Assembly (NCBI GenBank): GCA_905182495.1
Contig: CAJJBU010000004.1
Coordinates: 101,536-165,535, forward strand
Direction: 5' to 3'
Length of the DNA stretch: 64,000 bases
From: Flavobacteriales bacterium UBA952
Lineage (GTDB): Bacteria; Bacteroidota; Bacteroidia; Flavobacteriales_D; Crocinitomicaceae
Every line of letters starts with the position of its first letter. The stretch's first letter is position 1. Below the pieces are notes generated by a model. That model did no database searches. It worked only from the letters and a program-made list of their open reading frames with translations, and was not told where the DNA came from. The position numbers and the translations under genes were made by a program. Below are positions 1-9,605 of this stretch, piece after piece.

Positions 1-658
1 GCCCTGCTTGACGAGCCTTGGTAGTCACCTTGGCCTTTATAGCAGACTTCAATGCGCTTGAATTGAAATTGTAGGCACTGAGCTTCGAGCCCTTTTTAAC
101 CTGTTCAGACTTGACAGCAACCTCATCTTTGTACTGGTCTCTTTCGACTGTTGTTCGGTTCAAATCACTTTTCGTCTCTGTTAGATTTAATTCCAACTGT
201 AGATTCAATGTGTTTAAGGAGTCAATCTGTACCACATAACTTCTCATGATGCCTCGCAAACTTTCATTCTCTTCTTTGAGCTTAAGAACCTGTGATGCTG
301 AAAAATTCTTGCTTCTTTTTAATTTGTCAATTTTTTCGATTTGTTCTTGTATTTTTAGCTTTTGGGCATTTAAGCTATCGGCCTTAGATGCATCCTTTTC
401 TAATAAACGGTCGTAAGTATTAAGCATGTTTTTGAAGTCCGATTTTAAATCTGTGGACATTTCGCCAATGTAACCTTGCAGCATTTTATTCATGCCTTGT
501 AGGGTGTCTTGATACTCAAGATTGATTTGTGCGCATTCTTTTGCTGAGTTTCGCTTTGATGACCAGAAAAAAGTCATGGCGCCTAATGCAAGGACTAAAA
601 ATATTATGGTTCCTAAGTATAGGTTTTTATAGTCATTTGAATTTTCATTATCCTCCAT
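1..658 (-). CDS. hypothetical membrane-anchored coiled-coil protein (C-terminus runs off the window edge)
   Basis: Absent from the ORF track because it is truncated. My translation of the minus strand from the ATG at 658-656 (MEDNENSNDYKNLYLGTIIFLVLALGAMTFFWSSKRNSAKECAQ...) stays open to base 1. It has one N-terminal TM helix followed by K/E/L/Q-rich heptad-like sequence. No family recognised. Confidence 0.55.
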   Translation of the reverse strand, partial: MEDNENSNDYKNLYLGTIIFLVLALGAMTFFWSSKRNSAKECAQINLEYQDTLQGMNKMLQGYIGEMSTDLKSDFKNMLNTYDRLLEKDASKADSLNAQKLKIQEQIEKIDKLKRSKNFSASQVLKLKEENESLRGIMRSYVVQIDSLNTLNLQLELNLTETKSDLNRTTVERDQYKDEVAVKSEQVKKGSKLSAYNFNSSALKSAIKAKVTTKARQAG

Positions 659-691
659 GAAATCGTTTTTAATGTAAAAGTAATGTTTTTA

Positions 692-2137
692 TCAAATGCG
701 AAAATCCTGAATAGTTACGCTTCTTTGAAATCGTTTTATACTATCGGTGCCAACTGCGGTAAAGCGACTGTCTGAACTCGCGGGATATGGGCCTCCATGA
801 TGCATTGATGCACATACATTAACACCGGTAGGCATGTCATTAAAAATAATCCTTCCCGCTAATGATACGCCTACTTGAGTTAATGATTCAAGAAACGCAT
901 CTTGTTTAGTACTGAAAATAGAAAAAGTTAATTGTCCTCTTAGTTGATTTAAAACGGGTATGAGTTCTGACTCGTTATCATAATGAAAGATAGATACATG
1001 TGGCCCGAAAATCTCCTCCTGAAGAAATGGATGGCTAGATAGTTCTTTGATATTTGAAATGAGGATTGACCTTTCTGGGAATTGTTTATTTACTCCAGTA
1101 CTTCTTGATGCTTCGGAAAATAGACTTTCTCCAAAATGAGTGCGAATCATTTGGATTGAATTCTCAAATTTTCTTTGAATACTAGGCTGAAGCATTGGAT
1201 GATCTGGAAATCGAAGAACCTCGGCCTTCACTTCTTGGCTCAATTCTACGCCAGCAATGTTATTCGGAATAAAGAGTAAACCTGGTTTGGTGCAGAATTG
1301 TCCAGCATCAGTACAAACAGAATTTGCAATTTTCTTAGCCAATGAGGTATCGCCGTTTTCTAAAAATGAGTTTAATATTATTACTGGATTGGAACTGCCC
1401 ATCTCCGCAAATACAGGAATTGGGTTTTTTCTGTTATTTGCTATTTTAAGTATGGCTTCTCCTCCTAATTGACTCCCTGTAAAACCTATAGCCTTAACAT
1501 ATTCGTGACCAGCTGTATACGTCGCTAAATCGTATTTGTCATCCAAGATGTGAGAAAAGGTTCCTATTGGAAAACCCATTTCTTTTACGGCTTCATGAAC
1601 GACAGTTGAAACCATGCTACTCGTTCCAGCATGAAAGGGGTGTGCTTTAACAATGATTGGATTCTTAGAAGCTAGCGCTGCAATACTATCACCGCCCATT
1701 GTGGAATAAGCCAATGGAAAGTTACTAGCACCGAGTATTAATACGGTGCCTATTCCGATTTTCTTTTTGATAAAAATTTTATCTGCAATCTCTTCCTTTG
1801 AATAGAGATCAGATTGATGGTTTTTTGACTTTAGGTAATTAGAAAAAAGAACAAGTTGATCAACCGTTCTCGCAAATTCATTTTTAAATCGGTTTTCTCC
1901 TAAGCCAGATTCTTCACAATAAACAATTTGAAGTTCATCTGCGATCTCTAGTAGCTTGTCTTTAATGGTTAAAAGAAATTGGCCTATGTTTTCGTTGGTC
2001 TTTTGACCTAAAATAAGCTGTGCTTCTTTTGCCTTGTCTAATAATGCATTTACTTCATCAACCGTATTTACGGTGTGACTTTTATTGTTAAAAGTGTTTT
2101 TTAATGGATTAAATGTGCGAAAAGTCCTTTGGGACAT
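692..2137 (-). CDS. aldehyde dehydrogenase family protein (NADP-dependent, 2,5-dioxovalerate/KGSADH-like)
   Basis: ALDH hallmarks are present: FTGSQLGG, the EMGSSNP region and a catalytic Cys in GQFCTKPG. I trimmed the start to the ATG at 2137-2135 (MSQRTFRTFNP...) because the 69-codon upstream extension in the track overlaps purS in another frame. Confidence 0.8.
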   Translation of the reverse strand: MSQRTFRTFNPLKNTFNNKSHTVNTVDEVNALLDKAKEAQLILGQKTNENIGQFLLTIKDKLLEIADELQIVYCEESGLGENRFKNEFARTVDQLVLFSNYLKSKNHQSDLYSKEEIADKIFIKKKIGIGTVLILGASNFPLAYSTMGGDSIAALASKNPIIVKAHPFHAGTSSMVSTVVHEAVKEMGFPIGTFSHILDDKYDLATYTAGHEYVKAIGFTGSQLGGEAILKIANNRKNPIPVFAEMGSSNPVIILNSFLENGDTSLAKKIANSVCTDAGQFCTKPGLLFIPNNIAGVELSQEVKAEVLRFPDHPMLQPSIQRKFENSIQMIRTHFGESLFSEASRSTGVNKQFPERSILISNIKELSSHPFLQEEIFGPHVSIFHYDNESELIPVLNQLRGQLTFSIFSTKQDAFLESLTQVGVSLAGRIIFNDMPTGVNVCASMHHGGPYPASSDSRFTAVGTDSIKRFQRSVTIQDFRI

Positions 2138-2138
2138 T

Positions 2139-2390
2139 TTACACCTGAGATAAGCTAAACGAGTAGCTCTCCATGATTTGGTTGGCAAGCATCTTTTTAC
2201 AAGCTTCATCGACCTTTCCTTCGGCAACTTTCTGCGAATCTGCTTCAATAAATAGTCTAATATGCTTTCCGATTCGGACCCCATCAATTTCAGGAAGTCC
2301 AACATTCCCCATTGAACTGCTAACCGCTTTGCCTTGAGGATCAAGAAGTGCGTCTAGTGGCATTACATCAATTTCGGCTTTAAATTTCAT
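2139..2390 (-). CDS. purS: phosphoribosylformylglycinamidine synthase subunit PurS
   Basis: The 83-aa product (MKFKAEIDVMPLDALLDPQGKAV...GVRIGKHIRLFIEA...) has PurS length and sequence pattern. Confidence 0.8.
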   Translation of the reverse strand: MKFKAEIDVMPLDALLDPQGKAVSSSMGNVGLPEIDGVRIGKHIRLFIEADSQKVAEGKVDEACKKMLANQIMESYSFSLSQV

Positions 2391-3216
2391 CTTTATTTTT
2401 TTTGATTGAATGATAAATTGAAACTATGAGATACAAAGTTAAAATAAATGGAATAGACAGCACCTTTAAAAATGGAATACTTAACGCAGAAATGATTAGA
2501 AACCCTAATTTTAATTGGTTTTCACGTGGATTTGTTTTTTGAATCTTCAGAGACATTAAAGGAATTGGTAAAAGCATGCAAATAGAAAAGACAGCAATTA
2601 CGGCCGAAAGTGTATAGGCATCAAATAGGAAATGTATCAAGGATGATTCAGTGGTCCAGGTGTTTAAATTTAGAGAAAAATACAAAGGGAAAAAGCAAAA
2701 TATGATAGCGATAAGCGGTGTTGGAAATCCACTGAAATTAACGGATTGAGTCTCGTCAATATTGAATTTAGCCAAGCGGAACAATGAGAAAAAAGGAATA
2801 AGAAATGCGACCAGAGGAAGGAATTTAATACTTGCATCAAATTTATTGGGGATATGGTAAAAACTAGCGTTTACCCAAGTAAAAAACTCTTGTAAAATGT
2901 AATAGTCAAAAAATGTAATCTTATTTGAGGTATCTGCTATAAGTCCTTCTTGATCAATGCCTATAATAAGCATGAAGAACATTAGAAACCCCGGTGCTAC
3001 ACCAAAAGTTACAAGGTCTGATAAGGAGTCTAGCTGTTTTCCCATCGGGCTCATTAAATTGAATCTTCGTGCTACAAATCCATCCGAAAAGTCAAAGAAT
3101 GCTCCTGCGAAAATGGCATAAACAGCCCAGTCTAATTGGCCGCTAAAACAAAATAGTATTGACAGCATTCCGCAAATGAGATTCATGCTTGTCAGTAGAT
3201 TTGCAATATTGAACAT
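2380..3216 (-). CDS. pssA: CDP-diacylglycerol--serine O-phosphatidyltransferase (CDP-alcohol phosphatidyltransferase family)
   Basis: The motif DFSDGFVARRFNLMSPMGKQLDSLSDLV matches D-x2-DG-x2-AR...G-x3-D-x3-D. The protein is polytopic and hydrophobic. Confidence 0.8.
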   Translation of the reverse strand: MFNIANLLTSMNLICGMLSILFCFSGQLDWAVYAIFAGAFFDFSDGFVARRFNLMSPMGKQLDSLSDLVTFGVAPGFLMFFMLIIGIDQEGLIADTSNKITFFDYYILQEFFTWVNASFYHIPNKFDASIKFLPLVAFLIPFFSLFRLAKFNIDETQSVNFSGFPTPLIAIIFCFFPLYFSLNLNTWTTESSLIHFLFDAYTLSAVIAVFSICMLLPIPLMSLKIQKTNPRENQLKLGFLIISALSIPFLKVLSIPFILTLYLIVSIYHSIKKNKDEI

Positions 3217-3339
3217 GGTAATTCTATTAAATATGATTCAAAATCAATAGTTCTTCCTTATCTTTGAATTGTGCCTAATTGAATTACAAAGAACACAATT
3301 TTTTACGAAATCTGTTGTTATAATCATTAAATTAGTTCT

Positions 3340-4437
3340 ATGCCCTTTAAAGCGTTTTGTTTCATTTTTCTTATTATTTTTTGTTTTACTGTTCAAAGTC
3401 AAACAATTGCACCAAAATATTCCAATGAGTTTTTAGCATTAGGAGTGGGCGCTGAGGCTTACGGTGTCGGAAACAGTGTGGTCGCTGACGTTGAGGATGC
3501 GAATTCTATTTATTGGAACCCTGCAGGCTTAGTTGGGGTTTCCAAATGGGCGGAGGTTTCATTTATGCACTCTGAATACTTCGCGGGCATTGCTAAATAC
3601 GATTATCTGGCGGTCGCTCATGCGATTGATGATAAGAGTGCCCTGGGACTTGGTTTTATTCGTTTTGGAGTTGATGATATACCGAATACAACACAATTGA
3701 TTGATAACAACGGCGCTATAAATTATGATAATGTAAGTTCTTTTTCTGCGGGGGACTATGCTTTCATTGGCAGCTATGCTAGGAAGTTAAAGACCCCTGG
3801 ACTTAGTCTTGGAGGAAGTGCAAAAGTTATTTATCGTAAGGTCGGTGATTTTGCTAAATCCTGGGGGTTTGGTCTTGATTTCGGACTTAAATATAAAAGG
3901 AATGAACATTTTACATTTGGTGTGATGGCCCGAGATGTGACTTCAACATTTAATGCTTGGGTTTTTACTCTGGATGAAGAAACTCAGAATGTTTTTGTTC
4001 AAACAGGAAATGAAATCCCTGAAAATGGCATCGAATTGACTTTGCCGAGAATTATTTTGGCGGCGAGTACTCGTTATAATTTGGGCTCTAAGGGAATCTA
4101 TGCGGGAGGAGAAATCGATATTGACTTAACGACCGATGGCAAACGAAATACGCTAATTAAGTTGAATCCTTTTTCGATGGATCCTCATTGCGGAGTTAAA
4201 ATTGGTTTTAAAGATCTTGTTCAGGTTAGGGGTGGGATATCCAACATACAGCAATTTTCAAATATTGATGAAAGTCAATATTGGGGTATCCAGCCTAATT
4301 TAGGACTTGGAGTTGGTTTCAAGGGCTTTTCTTTGGACTATGCCTTTACAAGGTTAGGCGCTGGCGAGGCGAATTATTACACGCATATTTTCTCCATAAA
4401 ACTAAGACTCGATAAACCTAAAAATGCCGGAAAATGA
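3340..4437 (+). CDS. PorV/PorQ-family outer-membrane beta-barrel protein (T9SS-associated)
   Basis: It has a signal peptide, then LALGVGAEAYGVGNSVVADVEDANSIYWNPAGL, the N-terminal signature I associate with PorV/PorQ (FadL-like) proteins, followed by alternating beta-strand-like sequence. Its stop overlaps the start of the C25 gene (ATGA at 4434-4437). Confidence 0.65.
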   Translation: MPFKAFCFIFLIIFCFTVQSQTIAPKYSNEFLALGVGAEAYGVGNSVVADVEDANSIYWNPAGLVGVSKWAEVSFMHSEYFAGIAKYDYLAVAHAIDDKSALGLGFIRFGVDDIPNTTQLIDNNGAINYDNVSSFSAGDYAFIGSYARKLKTPGLSLGGSAKVIYRKVGDFAKSWGFGLDFGLKYKRNEHFTFGVMARDVTSTFNAWVFTLDEETQNVFVQTGNEIPENGIELTLPRIILAASTRYNLGSKGIYAGGEIDIDLTTDGKRNTLIKLNPFSMDPHCGVKIGFKDLVQVRGGISNIQQFSNIDESQYWGIQPNLGLGVGFKGFSLDYAFTRLGAGEANYYTHIFSIKLRLDKPKNAGK

Positions 4438-7400
4438 GAATTGTAATCCTTCTTGTTCTTTCACTGTTATCTTGCTTCATTTCGTTAGCTCAAAATTATG
4501 GGAATGAGTGGATTTCTTATGATCAAAAACACTTTTCTTTCCCAATATTAGAGTCAGGTATTCATAAAATAGAATATGCTGCAATGGTCAACGCAGGGAT
4601 ACCATTGGGGAGTATCAGCTCGGCAAATCTTCAAATCTTTGGAAAGGAAAAGGAAATCCCTATATACATTGAGGATGGTGGTGATGCGGTCATTGATAAT
4701 GGGGATTATGTTTTGTTTTATGCCGAAGCAAATGATGGTTGGTTGGACTCAACCCTGTATGATGAGGAAGAATGGATTGGTAATCCAAAATATAGTCTAT
4801 ACAATGATACCCTTCAATATTTTTTAACATGGAATTCAGAAGTATCTAATTTTAGATTCACAATAGAATCGGCTATTGATTTTGAGAATTTTGACGCTGA
4901 AGATTTTGTTATTGAAGAGCGCTTTAATTATTATTCAAATAGCTATAACGAAGGAGAGAAATCTTCGGATGCTTCTAGTTCTTTTTATATGCCGGGAGAG
5001 GGGTGGGGCAGTTCGCCGAAAAACGGAAACAACGGTTACACTTGGGATTTTGGTGATTTAAATTTTGATGGAATTTTTCAGGGCCCCTCGGCACCTGCAA
5101 TAAATTATGAATCTGTTGTCGTTGGACGCTCGAATGCTGTACAAATAAATCCTGGTTCAGGAAATCACCATACCCGTCATACAATAGGTGTTAGTGATTT
5201 TGTTTTAGTTGATTCTGTTTTTTCTGGGTATAAAAGTGTGTTTATAAATGGACAATTTCCTGCAAGTATTATCTCTCCAAACGGCTCTTCAGATTTCAAA
5301 GTGAATATTATTGGAGATTTAGGCGTGGCAACGGATTATCAATCTATAAATTATTGGTCATTTAAATATCCCCGTACTTTATTGTTTTCTAATGAAAGCC
5401 GTTTGGATTTTGAGGTGTTCAATTCAACTAATCTTAAATCCAAGATTGAATTAGAAGGTGGTGTTTTTACAAATCCAATTGCTTTTATTGTGGGTTCTGA
5501 GTCTTATAAATTAACCTTGGTAAATGACAATGGTCTAATTAAGTTTCTGGTTCCAAATTCCACTCAATTGGATAGACAAAAAATAGTTATTCAAAGCAGC
5601 TCCTCTATTCAGGATATATCTGCGCTTCGGCCAGTTAATCAGAATGGTTTTTTCACCGAATATGCATCGACACCCAATATCGAAAGTATGTTGCTTTTTG
5701 TTTATAACAAGCAGCTTGAATTGGTCGCCAATGAGTATGCTGCACATCGTTCTTCAACAGATGGAGGGATGTACAATGTTGTCATGGCTGAAGTAGAAGA
5801 ATTGTACCAGCAATATGGTGGGGGAATACCAAAACATATAAACGGAATACGGCGTTTTGCACATCATATGTATGAGTTATCTACTGAAAAACCTGTAGGC
5901 TTATTCCTAATTGGAAAAGGAGTGAGAGAAGCCAATATTACGTCGATTACAAGTATCGGCCCTGGTTCTAGGACAAGTGCTTCCGCTTATCAAAACTCAT
6001 TGGTTCCGTCATTTGGCCAGCCTTCATGTGATGCTTGTATTACTTCTAATTTTATAGGAACAGATAAGTGGACCCCCTTGATTCCTACGGGTCGCATTTC
6101 GGCTAAAACACCGGCTGATCTTCAAATTTATCTTTCCAAAATCATTGCCTATGATGCCCAACAAAACCCTAATGATCCTTATTCAACAAGTACAAAAGAT
6201 TGGCAAAAACACATATTGCATTTTTCAGGGGGTGGGTCATTTCAAGAACAGCAATCTTTCCAAATCTATTTGAATGGCATGGCCGACAAAGCAGAAGACT
6301 ATTATTTTGGTGGTGATGTAGAACTTGTTGCAAAAGAAAATGACAACCCAATAAGCCCTAGTGAACTTCAGGATATAAAAGATAGAATAAGTCAAGGTGT
6401 TTCAATCATGAATTTCTTTGGCCACTTCTCAACGACAGAAAGCGGCTTTGATATAAACTTAGACAATCCATTAAATTGGGAAAACCAGGATAAGTACCCT
6501 GTGCTTATAGCAAATTCATGCTATAATGGCAATATCTTCCATAATGCAACATCAAATTCAGAAAGCTTTGTTTTAACTCCTGATGCTGGGGTTATTGCTT
6601 ATTTAGGCACGCTCAATTATGGTTTTACCGGCGCGCTTAATTCCTATTCGAATCATTTTTATGAAGCCTTCTCTCGAACAAATTATGGCGGTACTATTGG
6701 TGAGCATATTCAGGCAACGATAGATTCGGTCATGGATGAAAATTCAAGCCTTATTTATGAATCTACTTTTATGCAAATGACACTTCATGGCGATCCGATG
6801 ATTAAGATTAACTCGCATGAACTACCAGAACTTGAATTAACTGATTCTCGAATTTCTTTTGGCCCGGATGATATTTCTTTGGCAACCGATTCTATTGAGT
6901 TAACTATTAAGATTCGTAACCTAGGTAAAGCGATAGTGGACACCTTCGATTTAACGGTTAATAGGAATTTTCCAGGATCGTTAATAGACTCTAATTATGT
7001 CTATAATATTCCAGGTTTGAATTATGAAACAATTCTGAATATTAAACTGCCATTTCAAGCGAGTCAAGGAATAGGTATCAATACATTCAATGTGAAAGTA
7101 GATCGGCCTGACTTCGTGGAAGAGCAATACGATGAGCTGGTAAATAATCAAGTGGTTAAGAATTTTTTAATCAATGTCGATGGCCTTGAGCCAGTCTGGC
7201 CCGAAAACTTTGCGGTCCTACCTATCGATTCCGTTACGGTTAAGGCTTCTACTATTGATGCATTGGCACCCTTTAATACCTATCGATTTGAGCTTGATAC
7301 AACCCCTGAATTCAATAGTCCTTTTGCTAAAGTTATTAGTAAGAGCGCATCGGGTGGGGTTCTCGAAGTGCATCCTTCGGAGTGGTCACTTAAGTCATCA

Positions 7401-9593
7401 GGAATCTCATCAACCTTGGTTCTTGAAGACAGTATTGTTTATTTTTGGAGAACGGCATTAGATGACACAGATTTGATTTGGAAACAAAGATCTTTTCAGT
7501 TTATACCGAACAAAAGAGGTTGGGGGCAAGATGTGTATGGACAATTCATTTCTAATTCATTTAACGGTGTTGAACTTAGTTCAACAAACTTTTATAGGGA
7601 GTTTACTCCAATTGAAGCCGATATCTCTTGCCTTTGTAAATCAACCACATCTTCCCCGGGACATTACGATAATGCTTGGTATTTAAATAGTGTAATACAA
7701 GATTATAACATATGCACCCTGACCCCTAAGTTTCATGTCGCCGTAATTGACAAATCGACTCTTCAAGCATGGGGGACTCGTTATGTTAATTCAAATGGAA
7801 CGGTTACCAATCCGAACAATAATTTCGGTAATAACAACGATAATGGCGGATGTAACGATCGCGTAATGAAATACTTTACATTTAATCAAAATAGTGCCGT
7901 TGAAATCGATGCATTTCAGAATTTCGTTGAAAATGAAATACCTGATGGAGATTATATTTTGATCTATACGCCGATGACTACGCGCTACGATTTATGGGAT
8001 AATATTGATCCAGATTTGTATACGACGTTCATGGGTTTAGGATCGGATAGTATTGCGCCGGGACGAGCCAATCGTCCTTTTATATTTCTGACTCGAAAAG
8101 GAGATCCTAATTTTGTATTGGAAATTTTCTCTCAAAATAACGAGGATATATTTCTAGACACGTTGATCACAGGGGCAGAAGTTATTGGATTTGAGTCTTC
8201 TCCAGTTATTGGCCCTGTACAACAGTGGAACGAGCTTCATTGGAAACAAGATCCATTAGAGTCGAACTCTGATGATACAACCTTCCTAGAGATTCAACTC
8301 TTGGATGCTTTGGGTAATTATCAGTCCTCAATAGATACCTTGTTTACACAGCATGATTCGATATTGAATCTACAGACACTTATTGATGGGGGAGTTTATC
8401 CTAAAATAAAACTGATCGGAAAATACCAAGATTTAACAAATCAGACACCTGCCCAGGTTGATTTTTGGCATGTGCTCTATAGTCCTATTCCTGAGGCTGC
8501 CATTGCTAGTAATGGCGTTTTTCTATGGGAACCTTCGGATACGATTCAAGAGGGACGAATTGGTCAGTTTTCGGTCGATGTAGTTAACATTAGTGATGTT
8601 GCTATGGATTCTTTACTCATAGCTTACTTCATACTTGATGCAAATCAAGAGAAGCATTACATACCTTATGAAAGGCAGGATTCTTTGCGCGTTTCAGGGG
8701 TATTGAAGGATACAGTTTCATTTGACACCAAAGGATTGGTGGGGAGTAACTTCTTCTGTATGGAAGTAAACCCATACATCAATGCTTCGCTAACGCTTAC
8801 TGATCAATTAGAATGGTCACACCTTAATAATATATTGCAGTATCCTTTCAGTGTCATTGAAGAGGATATTAATCCTATTCTTGATGTTACCTTTAATGGA
8901 ATTCACATCTTGAATAAAGATATCATTGCTCCTACAACTGAGATCAATATCTCGTTAAATGATGAAAACCCATACTTACTTTTGGATTCTGATATAGACA
9001 CTTCTCTTTTCGGTATTTATATTACCGATCCAGATGGATTAACCTCTCGTATCCCGTTTATGGATGGTTCAGGAAATATGGTAATGAATTGGATTCCGGG
9101 GAATGAGAATCAGAATAAGTTTAAAATTTCTTATCCCGCTTATTTTGAGAAATCTGGTGTTTATCTTCTTCTTGTTCAAGGATCGGATAAAACAGGTAAC
9201 GAATCCGGTGATTTTGAATATGAAATATCTTTTGAAGTGATTCATAAATCGATGATCACCCAGCTTTTGAATTATCCAAATCCTTTTTCTACGAGTACAA
9301 GGTTTGTTTTTACATTAACAGGAGATTTAATCCCTGATGAGGTTTTTATTCAAATCATGACCATCAGCGGAAGGGTGGTTAGAGAGATTTCAGAGAGTGA
9401 AATTGGCCCTATTCAGATCGGACGGAACATCACTGAATTTGCATGGGATGGCAGGGATCAATTTGGAGATTTGTTAGCTAATGGTGTCTATTTATATCGG
9501 GTGAAAGCGCAAATTAACGGTAAGGATATTGATTTATTAAATTCAGAATACTGTTTCCATAAGGGGCTGGGTAAAATGTATATCATACGTTAA
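4434..9593 (+). CDS. C25-family (gingipain-fold) cysteine peptidase with T9SS C-terminal domain, PorU-like
   Basis: 1719 aa with a signal peptide. The candidate catalytic dyad is His664 (NFFGH, codon 6423-6425) and Cys696 (ANSCYNG, codon 6519-6521), 32 residues apart as in gingipain/PorU. The C-terminal ~85 aa (NYPNPFSTSTRFVFTL...LANGVYLYRVKA) look like a T9SS sorting domain. Confidence 0.75.
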   Translation: MRIVILLVLSLLSCFISLAQNYGNEWISYDQKHFSFPILESGIHKIEYAAMVNAGIPLGSISSANLQIFGKEKEIPIYIEDGGDAVIDNGDYVLFYAEANDGWLDSTLYDEEEWIGNPKYSLYNDTLQYFLTWNSEVSNFRFTIESAIDFENFDAEDFVIEERFNYYSNSYNEGEKSSDASSSFYMPGEGWGSSPKNGNNGYTWDFGDLNFDGIFQGPSAPAINYESVVVGRSNAVQINPGSGNHHTRHTIGVSDFVLVDSVFSGYKSVFINGQFPASIISPNGSSDFKVNIIGDLGVATDYQSINYWSFKYPRTLLFSNESRLDFEVFNSTNLKSKIELEGGVFTNPIAFIVGSESYKLTLVNDNGLIKFLVPNSTQLDRQKIVIQSSSSIQDISALRPVNQNGFFTEYASTPNIESMLLFVYNKQLELVANEYAAHRSSTDGGMYNVVMAEVEELYQQYGGGIPKHINGIRRFAHHMYELSTEKPVGLFLIGKGVREANITSITSIGPGSRTSASAYQNSLVPSFGQPSCDACITSNFIGTDKWTPLIPTGRISAKTPADLQIYLSKIIAYDAQQNPNDPYSTSTKDWQKHILHFSGGGSFQEQQSFQIYLNGMADKAEDYYFGGDVELVAKENDNPISPSELQDIKDRISQGVSIMNFFGHFSTTESGFDINLDNPLNWENQDKYPVLIANSCYNGNIFHNATSNSESFVLTPDAGVIAYLGTLNYGFTGALNSYSNHFYEAFSRTNYGGTIGEHIQATIDSVMDENSSLIYESTFMQMTLHGDPMIKINSHELPELELTDSRISFGPDDISLATDSIELTIKIRNLGKAIVDTFDLTVNRNFPGSLIDSNYVYNIPGLNYETILNIKLPFQASQGIGINTFNVKVDRPDFVEEQYDELVNNQVVKNFLINVDGLEPVWPENFAVLPIDSVTVKASTIDALAPFNTYRFELDTTPEFNSPFAKVISKSASGGVLEVHPSEWSLKSSGISSTLVLEDSIVYFWRTALDDTDLIWKQRSFQFIPNKRGWGQDVYGQFISNSFNGVELSSTNFYREFTPIEADISCLCKSTTSSPGHYDNAWYLNSVIQDYNICTLTPKFHVAVIDKSTLQAWGTRYVNSNGTVTNPNNNFGNNNDNGGCNDRVMKYFTFNQNSAVEIDAFQNFVENEIPDGDYILIYTPMTTRYDLWDNIDPDLYTTFMGLGSDSIAPGRANRPFIFLTRKGDPNFVLEIFSQNNEDIFLDTLITGAEVIGFESSPVIGPVQQWNELHWKQDPLESNSDDTTFLEIQLLDALGNYQSSIDTLFTQHDSILNLQTLIDGGVYPKIKLIGKYQDLTNQTPAQVDFWHVLYSPIPEAAIASNGVFLWEPSDTIQEGRIGQFSVDVVNISDVAMDSLLIAYFILDANQEKHYIPYERQDSLRVSGVLKDTVSFDTKGLVGSNFFCMEVNPYINASLTLTDQLEWSHLNNILQYPFSVIEEDINPILDVTFNGIHILNKDIIAPTTEINISLNDENPYLLLDSDIDTSLFGIYITDPDGLTSRIPFMDGSGNMVMNWIPGNENQNKFKISYPAYFEKSGVYLLLVQGSDKTGNESGDFEYEISFEVIHKSMITQLLNYPNPFSTSTRFVFTLTGDLIPDEVFIQIMTISGRVVREISESEIGPIQIGRNITEFAWDGRDQFGDLLANGVYLYRVKAQINGKDIDLLNSEYCFHKGLGKMYIIR

Positions 9594-9605
9594 CCTATAT
9601 ATTTT

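Noticed and set aside
2138-2344. N-terminal 69-codon extension of the aldehyde dehydrogenase ORF.
   Set aside because: It overlaps purS, whose product is well conserved, in another frame. The ALDH homology starts at the internal ATG at 2137.
4576-7461. Short ORFs nested inside or antisense to the 5.2-kb C25 gene (4576..4827, 4876..5061, 4975..5184, 5535..5747, 6169..6351, 7174..7461). Similar nested ORFs occur throughout the track, e.g. 1257..1472, 10546..10941, 27715..27963, 43601..43915 and 54236..54655.
   Set aside because: They lie fully within longer ORFs that have clear family signatures. Their products are low-complexity or hydrophobic with no motifs, which is typical of shadow ORFs in AT-rich DNA.
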